From NCBI GenBank assembly GCA_964485215.1, contig CAZAIM010000001.1:1-58396 (forward strand): a DNA stretch of 58,396 bases, read 5' to 3'. Source of the stretch: an uncultured Bacteroidaceae bacterium (GTDB taxonomy: Bacteria; Bacteroidota; Bacteroidia; Bacteroidales; Bacteroidaceae). Below, piece by piece: positions 16,892 through 23,123 of this stretch (its first letter is position 1; each line of letters begins with the position of its first letter). The notes beneath the pieces were generated by a model. The model had not been told where the DNA came from and did no database searches. It saw nothing but the letters and a program-made list of their open reading frames with translations. Both the position numbers and the translations under genes were made by a program.

Positions 16892-17590
16892 CTATGCTTT
16901 GTATTTGGAATGACAGAAAGGACACTCGCCTGCTTTTAGCAGATTCTCATATTCGCCATTCAGTGTGCGGCCACACTGAGGATTGGGACATACATACTTC
17001 TGACGGAACTCCTTGTCTAGTTCTGCGGCCTTTATAGGATTCTTGCTGGCAGCTACAAAACCTACATATCCGAAATAACACGAAAGCAGCAACGAGCATA
17101 CGGATGGAATCACTCTTAACTCACCTGGCAATATGCCGGTAAAGCCCAACACGCCGGCCAATGCCATAAATACAGGCATAAGACCTCTCATTGCGTTCTG
17201 CTTCCTCTCGCTTATCTGCATATTTAGTTTGGCAGCTCTGTAATCATCTATGACTCTCTTCAGATGCCCAATTGAGAATGTCTCCTTCATCCCCATCTTC
17301 TTCAGGAGTTCAGCCAACTCAAGACGATAGCGGTTCGCGCCAAGTTCTATCACTGTCTTGTCATCCAGCTCGAATTTCTTCTTTATCACATTGCTACCAT
17401 TGAGAAACGTAAAGTTCTCCTGCTTGAGGTTTGTCAGTATCTTGTTTCCGTTGTCATCAATCTCGAGTTTGCAATGCTGTCTGCTGACTCCGCAATCAAC
17501 CGAATTCGGACTGCCCGAAAGCATCTCCTTGCCATCAAGCACTATTTTCAGCCTGCCACTTGCCGAATCGCGGCCAAATATTATCTCCAT
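16892..17590 (-). CDS. membrane-anchored FHA protein (FHA - two TM helices - C-terminal zinc ribbon)
   Basis: The N-terminal FHA pattern is IIFGRD.......VSRQHCKLEIDDNGN..LTNL...N.TFLNG. Two TM helices follow (GLMPVFMALAGVLGFTGILPG and IPSVCSLLLSCYFGYVGFVAA), then CPNPQCG...(16)...CPFCHSKY. Confidence 0.75.
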   Translation of the reverse strand: MEIIFGRDSASGRLKIVLDGKEMLSGSPNSVDCGVSRQHCKLEIDDNGNKILTNLKQENFTFLNGSNVIKKKFELDDKTVIELGANRYRLELAELLKKMGMKETFSIGHLKRVIDDYRAAKLNMQISERKQNAMRGLMPVFMALAGVLGFTGILPGELRVIPSVCSLLLSCYFGYVGFVAASKNPIKAAELDKEFRQKYVCPNPQCGRTLNGEYENLLKAGECPFCHSKYKA

Positions 17591-17696
17591 AATCAGAAAC
17601 TGTTTAAAATTCCTTATCTAAATAAATACATAAAAGCTGAATAAATATATACCCCGTTTTGTACAGACAAACAGAAAATAGATTTCAAACAGCCCG

Positions 17697-18068
17697 CTAT
17701 CTTTGTTTATTAATTTCCGCCAATAAGTTTTTCATATTCGTGAGTGCAGGTCTCGAAATCTCCAACTGATATGCAAAGGTCGAGAAGTCACTCAAAACCA
17801 GACGCTGCTTCACCGGGTTTATCATATAAAGGAAGTTCCTGTTAATGATATAGCGTCGGCCAACCCTCATAAAGATAGCGGCCTTGTCATTAAGCCTGCC
17901 GGCAAGTAGTTTCTCAACATTTCCTAAACTGATGCATAGCGAGGGCTTTAGTCTATTCACAGTTACCATATGTGTATAGTTCCCGTCCGATTCAAAATAG
18001 ACAATATTCTGAATCTTGACCCGCAACATTTCATCACGTGAATTGAATAACAGATAATCCCCTTCCAT
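17697..18068 (-). CDS. stand-alone LytTR-domain DNA-binding protein
   Basis: 123 aa. VKIQNIVYFESDGNYTHMVT......L..LEKLL....F.RV.RRYIIN is the canonical LytTR pattern. No receiver domain is present. Confidence 0.8.
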   Translation of the reverse strand: MEGDYLLFNSRDEMLRVKIQNIVYFESDGNYTHMVTVNRLKPSLCISLGNVEKLLAGRLNDKAAIFMRVGRRYIINRNFLYMINPVKQRLVLSDFSTFAYQLEISRPALTNMKNLLAEINKQR

Positions 18069-18310
18069 CAGTTATAGAAACTGTTCAAATATTTAATAAA
18101 TGATTCTTGGAAACTGTTTAAATTTATAACCTTGCCTTGCCGACATCGGTTGCACTCATGATAAAACACTCACGCAAAGAAATTTAAACAACTTCTTATA
18201 TTTTTTTGCAAATTTTACAAAAAAGTTTGACTATCGCAAATTGAACAACAACAAAATGATGACATGGCTCCAAATTCAAAATTAGGCACAAACAGGAAAA
18301 GTTGTTAAAG

Positions 18311-18350
18311 AAAAACAAAAAATGGTTCTACAGGTATTCGTAGAACCATT
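18311..18350 (-). terminator. intrinsic terminator of tRNA-Pro (bidirectional architecture)
   Basis: AATGGTTCTAC-aggtattc-GTAGAACCATT (18321-18350) forms an 11-bp stem. It is flanked by an A-run on one side and a T-run on the other. On the minus strand it is followed by TTTTTTGTTTTT, 9 nt after the tRNA 3' end. Confidence 0.65.
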
Positions 18351-18358
18351 TTTTGTTG

Positions 18359-18433
18359 TCGGGATGACTGGATTCGAACCAGCGACCACACGCCCCCCAG
18401 ACGCGTACTCTAACCGGGCTGAGCTACATCCCG
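18359..18433 (-). tRNA. tRNA-Pro (anticodon GGG)
   Basis: Reverse complement: CGGGATGTAGCTCAGCCCGGTTAGAGTACGCGTCTGGGGGGCGTGTGGTCGCTGGTTCGAATCCAGTCATCCCGA. It folds as a cloverleaf with acceptor CGGGATG/CATCCCG, D-arm GCTC/GAGT, anticodon stem CGCGT/GCGTG with loop CTGGGGG (G37), and T-arm GCTGG-TTCGAAT-CCAGT. The discriminator is A, and no CCA is encoded. Confidence 0.85.
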
Positions 18434-18553
18434 CTCCATTTTTATCCATTTGCGAGTGCAAAGGTATACAAAATTCAGCAATATGCAATGCTTTTCCCGA
18501 AATATTTTCCATTTGAGGCAATAATGTTCAAGAAAAATCACCTCTTTTCTTTT

Positions 18554-20320
18554 TCACTCTCTGACTGAACGCACCTCGTGCAGCACTCGCAGCCAGTTTC
18601 CTCCCCAAATTTTCTCAATGTCGGCATCGCCGTATCCGGAACGGAGCAGTTCACGCGTTACATTACGCAACTGAGCTGCGCTTGAGCACCCGGCAACAGC
18701 ACCGTCACCATCAAAGTCAGTCCCTATACCGACATGGTCTATTCCGGCAACAGATATGGCATGTTGCAGGTGTTTAATAAAATCGGCAAGCGAAGCCACA
18801 CCATTTTCACACAAGAAGCCGCTATACATTGTCACCTGAACAACACCGCCCTTGTCTGCCAACGCCGCTATCTGCTCATCGGTGAGGTTACGTGGATGAT
18901 TGCATAAGGCACGACAGGAAGAATGCGAGCATACTACAGGCACAGTGCTTTCCTCAAGCACCTGCCAGAATGTGCTTTCAGCAGCATGCGACAGGTCTAT
19001 AGCCATTCCCACCCTGTTCATCTCGGCTACTACAGCTTTGCCAAAACTGCTTAGACCGCCGTGTTCACCGTTTCCGCGAGCTGAATCACAAATATCATTG
19101 TCACCGTTATGACAAAGTGTCATATAAATTACCCCTTCATTGAAAAAGCGTTCTATATTGCCAATATCACGTCCGATGGCATAGCCGTTTTCAATGCCGC
19201 GCATAATGACACGCCGTCCGGTCTTTTTGTATTGCCATAACATCGCAGGGGCACTACACAAGGCAACCGTGCCGGGATTTGCGTTCACACGGGCCGCAAT
19301 GCCTGCCAACAGTTCATCGGCAAGCCTCGTAGCCTGTTTCAACGCCTCTTCATCGCGTTCTCCTTGAGGTATGTAGGCAACCATCGTTGCAACATCGAGC
19401 GCACCCTCTTTCATCTTGTGAAGGTCAACAAGTGCATCGTAGCTGCGTTTCTCGAGCTGATAGCCGTTAGCGAAAAGCATCGGTGTATCGCAGTGGGAAT
19501 CGACGGTGAGCATTCCACGGTGCAATTCCTTTGCCTTGCGATAGAGGCTCGCTTCTTCTACAAGCCAGCCGAAGAGAGGCATCATACACCTGTCGCCGTT
19601 CATTATGAATGATTCGGGATGCCACTGCACCCCTATTATAGAACGGCCATCGACAGCTTCGATGCCTTCAATCACTCCATCTGTCGCACGCGCACATACT
19701 TCAAAGCCGTTTGGAACAAGGTTTACCGATTGATGATGAAAGGTATTCACAGCCAATCTGTCGGTTGCAAACAGAGAAGAGAGCTTGCTACCCTCGACAA
19801 GAACAACATCATGCGTTGCAACACCCCTTTCTACAGGCTCCTGGTCGTGGTTCAGCAGTTCGCCGCCTATGGCTGCATAAAGATCCTGATGCACACTGCC
19901 GCCCATAGCCATAGCCAAGGTCTGTATTCCGCGGCATATTCCAAGTATTGGCAGCGCGCGGTCGTCGGCCAGAAGAGCCAGCAGCAACTCCTGTTCATCG
20001 CGTTTTGGGTTTATGGTATGAAGCAAAGAGTAATCGGGCTGCTCACCTGCATAGCGTGGGTCTATGTCGGCACCTCCGGTCAGGAGCAAGGCATCGATAT
20101 GTTCCAGTGTCTCGAACAGAGCGTCTCTGTCGGCGTACGGAGGTATTATAACGGGAGTGCCGCCGGCCTGAAGCACCGAAAGGTAATAGGCCTCGGCGAC
20201 AGCAGCATTGCCATCGCGGAAGTTTGCGGTTATGCCAATGACAGGGCGGCTGCTGTAGGCCGGGAAACGCCCGTGCAGTGCATCATACTCTGCCTTTATG
20301 TCGTATTTATCGGTAGACAT
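18554..20320 (-). CDS. fusion protein: class-I glutamine amidotransferase-like gamma-glutamyl hydrolase (peptidase C26) + membrane-type dipeptidase (peptidase M19)
   Basis: The N-terminal half has RPVIGITAN, GGADIDP, the nucleophile elbow LGICRGIQTL, and HHQSV...WHPE. The C-terminal half has DSHCDTP, IENGYAIG, TLCHNGDN, DLSHAAE, VCSHSS and GIGTDFDG, the renal-dipeptidase motifs. Confidence 0.8.
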   Translation of the reverse strand: MSTDKYDIKAEYDALHGRFPAYSSRPVIGITANFRDGNAAVAEAYYLSVLQAGGTPVIIPPYADRDALFETLEHIDALLLTGGADIDPRYAGEQPDYSLLHTINPKRDEQELLLALLADDRALPILGICRGIQTLAMAMGGSVHQDLYAAIGGELLNHDQEPVERGVATHDVVLVEGSKLSSLFATDRLAVNTFHHQSVNLVPNGFEVCARATDGVIEGIEAVDGRSIIGVQWHPESFIMNGDRCMMPLFGWLVEEASLYRKAKELHRGMLTVDSHCDTPMLFANGYQLEKRSYDALVDLHKMKEGALDVATMVAYIPQGERDEEALKQATRLADELLAGIAARVNANPGTVALCSAPAMLWQYKKTGRRVIMRGIENGYAIGRDIGNIERFFNEGVIYMTLCHNGDNDICDSARGNGEHGGLSSFGKAVVAEMNRVGMAIDLSHAAESTFWQVLEESTVPVVCSHSSCRALCNHPRNLTDEQIAALADKGGVVQVTMYSGFLCENGVASLADFIKHLQHAISVAGIDHVGIGTDFDGDGAVAGCSSAAQLRNVTRELLRSGYGDADIEKIWGGNWLRVLHEVRSVRE

Positions 20321-20342
20321 TGAATTGTAACGTTTAATGAAT

Positions 20343-20369
20343 ACAAAATGCCGGGCCTGAGCCCGGCAT
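20343..20369 (-). terminator. intrinsic terminator of the Lrp/AsnC gene
   Basis: ATGCCGGGC-ctga-GCCCGGCAT forms a 9-bp GC-rich stem. On the minus strand it is followed by TTTTG. It lies 18 nt after the stop at 20387. Confidence 0.65.
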
Positions 20370-20386
20370 CACCTGTCAAGCAGAAA

Positions 20387-20854
20387 TCATTCAAGCGGCA
20401 TATTCCGTTTGATACTATGGGCAAGCACAATCATCGTTTCGGTGCTCACCACACCTGGAATCTCCTGTACCCTGCCATTGAGCAACTGCATAAGATGCTC
20501 ATTGTCGTGCGAATACATTTTCGCAAGGATAGAATACGGACCGGTTGTATAACAGCACTCAACCACTTCGGGTATTTCATATAGACGCTCAACAACCTCC
20601 TTGTACATTGAACCGCGCTCGAGACGTATTCCTATGTATGTACAGGTCTTATAGCCAAGACGGCGCAGATCAATCTCGTAGCACGAACCGGATATTATGC
20701 CCATATCGATAAGATGCTGCACACGCAAGTGGATTGCAGCACGCGAGACACCACAGAGCTCTGCCACATTACGGAATGGGATGCGGGCATCCTTGGAAAT
20801 TATGCCCAGTATTTTCAGGTCAAGCGCATCGACCTTACATTCTACATTTTTCAT
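20387..20854 (-). CDS. Lrp/AsnC family transcriptional regulator
   Basis: 155 aa. The N-terminal HTH LDLKILGIISKDARIPFRNVAELCGVSRAAIHLRVQHLIDMGII is followed by an AsnC-type ligand-binding (RAM) domain. Confidence 0.85.
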   Translation of the reverse strand: MKNVECKVDALDLKILGIISKDARIPFRNVAELCGVSRAAIHLRVQHLIDMGIISGSCYEIDLRRLGYKTCTYIGIRLERGSMYKEVVERLYEIPEVVECCYTTGPYSILAKMYSHDNEHLMQLLNGRVQEIPGVVSTETMIVLAHSIKRNMPLE

Positions 20855-20879
20855 TTTTGGTCAGTTATATTGTTCTTTA

Positions 20880-21707
20880 TCATTTATCGAGTATCTTCAC
20901 TATCTCAAGTTCATATACGAGTGCACTGTAAGGAGGTATATTACCGCCTCCGCCTGCGCCATAGGCAAGTTGCCAAGGAATATAAGCCACACAGGATGTA
21001 CCTTCGGGAAGCGTGGTCAGCACCTCGGACAGGCCGGCAACGACTGAGTTTACAGGCAAATCGACCGCTTGGCCACGCGAAGAATCAAAGACCGCACCGT
21101 TGGGGAACCGCCCTTTATAGACGCAACTTACAACAGAAGCGGGAGCAGGCACACGTCCGCTGCCCATCTGTTCCACCTTGTACTGCACGCCACTTGGCAG
21201 AGTAACCACACCGGGACGCTCCTTGTTGTTTCTCATGAACTCTTCGCTCACCGAACAGAATACCGTTTTGTTGTAATACTCCTTTGCGGCCTTTATTGAC
21301 ATGGTCTTGCCACTGGCGTATGCCGATGCTTTCAGCCCTTCGAGATAGAGGCTGCGGTCGACCTTCTTGCCGTTGCCGTCGGGATATATTGCTTTGTCGG
21401 CCTCTTCGAGCATTTCCATTGCCGATGCAGCCATAACCACTCCTTGGGCATATGCCATAGACTCGGGTGAACCGTCGGTGGGAAAAGCATCGCAAAGGCC
21501 TCGCATGAAATCGTCGACAGTAGTCGAGTCGATGCCGAACTCAATCATTGCGGCAGGCATTTGCTCCGCCACAAGCATACCGACTGCAAACGAAAGCGAA
21601 TCGCCCCTGTCTGCAAGCTCTACAAACTTGTCTTCATGGGCATCGGCAGCAGGCTGGCAAGCACCCAAAAGAGATGCGAACGATGCCAAAAGCAGCAAAT
21701 TTCTCAT
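20880..21707 (-). CDS. FKBP-type peptidyl-prolyl cis-trans isomerase lipoprotein (FkpA-like)
   Basis: The lipobox is LLGAC. An N-terminal helical domain precedes the C-terminal FKBP block VVTLPSGVQYKV...Y.G.F.NG..FDSS...PVNSVVAGLSE......G......IPWQLAYG. Confidence 0.8.
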   Translation of the reverse strand: MRNLLLLASFASLLGACQPAADAHEDKFVELADRGDSLSFAVGMLVAEQMPAAMIEFGIDSTTVDDFMRGLCDAFPTDGSPESMAYAQGVVMAASAMEMLEEADKAIYPDGNGKKVDRSLYLEGLKASAYASGKTMSIKAAKEYYNKTVFCSVSEEFMRNNKERPGVVTLPSGVQYKVEQMGSGRVPAPASVVSCVYKGRFPNGAVFDSSRGQAVDLPVNSVVAGLSEVLTTLPEGTSCVAYIPWQLAYGAGGGGNIPPYSALVYELEIVKILDK

Positions 21708-21717
21708 ACGGAAGCTA

Positions 21718-22302
21718 TCAGATTACACTAATGAGTTCCACATCGAAGACAAGAGCACTGTAGGGAGGAATCATCTCTCCGGCACCATGCTCACCATAGG
21801 CCATATCATATGGGATATACAGACGCCACTTTGCGCCCTCCTTCATGAGCTGAAGAGCTTCGACCCATCCTTTGATAACCTGGTTCACGCCAAAGACAGC
21901 AGGTTCGCCGCGCTTGATTGAACTGTCGAACACAGTTCCATCAATAAGCGTCCCTTCGTAATGGCACTTCACTCTGTCTGTTGCTGAAGGCTGTTTGCCA
22001 CTACCCTCAGTTATGACCTCATACTGCAAACCGCTGGGAAGAACCGTAACACCGGGTCTCTTTGCATTTGCAGCAAGAAACTCCTCGCCACCCTTCTTGT
22101 TCATTTCGTATGCCTGTTCGGCAAGTTTCTTGAAATGTTCATTGACAACCTGCTGAGCCTCGGAATGTGACATTTCGGGAGTTTCACCCGCAAGCACAGC
22201 ACTTACACCTTTTACAAAATCCTCTACACTCATGCCTTTAACCCCCATAGAAAGAAGATTCTGGCCAATCCCCATACCGAGACCATAACTGAATTTATCC
22301 AT
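21718..22302 (-). CDS. FKBP-type peptidyl-prolyl cis-trans isomerase
   Basis: GVTVLPSGLQYEVITEGSG...V.CHYEGTLIDGTVFDSS..RGEPAVFGVNQVIKGWVEALQLM.EGAKW.LYIP.DMAYGE is the canonical FKBP_C pattern. Confidence 0.85.
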   Translation of the reverse strand: MDKFSYGLGMGIGQNLLSMGVKGMSVEDFVKGVSAVLAGETPEMSHSEAQQVVNEHFKKLAEQAYEMNKKGGEEFLAANAKRPGVTVLPSGLQYEVITEGSGKQPSATDRVKCHYEGTLIDGTVFDSSIKRGEPAVFGVNQVIKGWVEALQLMKEGAKWRLYIPYDMAYGEHGAGEMIPPYSALVFDVELISVI

Positions 22303-22619
22303 AATTCGTTTTTTATTATTATTTATAAACTGTCATTTTGCCAATTAATTTTCTTGACAACAAGAAAACAATGGCGAGCGAAGATACAATTTTACCCTTT
22401 AAAACAAAGCAAAAACAGACCATTTTTTAGCAAAAAGATATTTTTTATTGCAAACAGGCAAATCGCAAGAGCAAGAGTTACAGATTACATTTTGTCAAAA
22501 AACAGTAGCTCCGCAGGAAAACAGCTTGCAGAACCGGGAATACCTGAAGTTGCTTTGCAAAATTCAGGACAGCACCCAAATTATCTACGATAATTAACCG
22601 AAACATCATTTTAATTCTA

Positions 22620-22627
22620 TAACTTTG
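22620..22627 (+). promoter_or_regulatory. candidate -7 box (TAACTTTG)
   Basis: An exact TAnnTTTG match lies 41 nt upstream of ATG 22668, in the divergent intergenic region. Confidence 0.4.
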
Positions 22628-22667
22628 TAATCTACATTCAACCACAAACGTTGTATCAGTGAATATT

Positions 22668-23054
22668 ATGGAAACCGGAACTATTATACTTATTGCAATA
22701 TTGGCCATAACTACAGGTGCATTCTTCTTTCTGAAAAGATTCTATGGCAACAGCCCTGCGCCCCAGGAGGAGCATCATGAGCACGACACCGCCGATGGTG
22801 TCTGCTGCGGTAAGCACTCCAACTGCAGCAAAGGGCACGACAGCGACAACCTCTACTTCGATGACGAAGAGCTCGACAGGTTCAAAGGCGCGGACCCCGA
22901 GAAGTACACCGATGAGGAAATCGAAGAGTTCCGCCAGATACTTTACACAATGCGCGAGGAGGAAATAGATACCTGGGTACACTGTCTTCAGACACGCGAG
23001 ATTGAACTCCCTCAAGTCATAAGAGAGGAGATTCTTATGATTCTGCAACCGTAA
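22668..23054 (+). CDS. small membrane-anchored Cys/His-rich protein, function unknown
   Basis: Start set at ATG 22668; the track start 22659 is GTG. There is one N-terminal TM helix (GTIILIAILAITTGAFFFL), then HHEHD..DGVCCGKHSNCSKGHD and an acidic helical tail. The N-terminus resembles FeoB-associated Cys-rich membrane peptides, but the protein is longer. Confidence 0.45.
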   Translation: METGTIILIAILAITTGAFFFLKRFYGNSPAPQEEHHEHDTADGVCCGKHSNCSKGHDSDNLYFDDEELDRFKGADPEKYTDEEIEEFRQILYTMREEEIDTWVHCLQTREIELPQVIREEILMILQP

Positions 23055-23123
23055 ACGGCAATAAAAACAGTTTTTATCAGTTAATATAATATTAATATCA
23101 ATTATAGAGATACAAGTACGGAA

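Noticed and set aside
13078-18433. The idea that the FHA/PP2C/caspase cassette is a genomic island integrated at the 3' end of tRNA-Pro
   Set aside because: The tRNA 3' end does face the cassette. However, I find no integrase or recombinase gene and no direct repeat of the tRNA 3' segment at 13000-13150 or 7900-8230. I also see no obvious compositional break. This is unsupported without comparative genomics.
18282-18521. 79-aa (-) and 64-aa (+) ORFs between the LytTR gene and the peptidase fusion gene
   Set aside because: They overlap the tRNA-Pro gene and its terminator hairpin, and the tRNA cloverleaf explains the sequence.
19619-20323. 234-aa plus-strand ORF antisense to the C26-M19 fusion gene
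   Set aside because: It is a shadow ORF inside a CDS with strong catalytic motifs on the other strand, and it has no recognisable domain.
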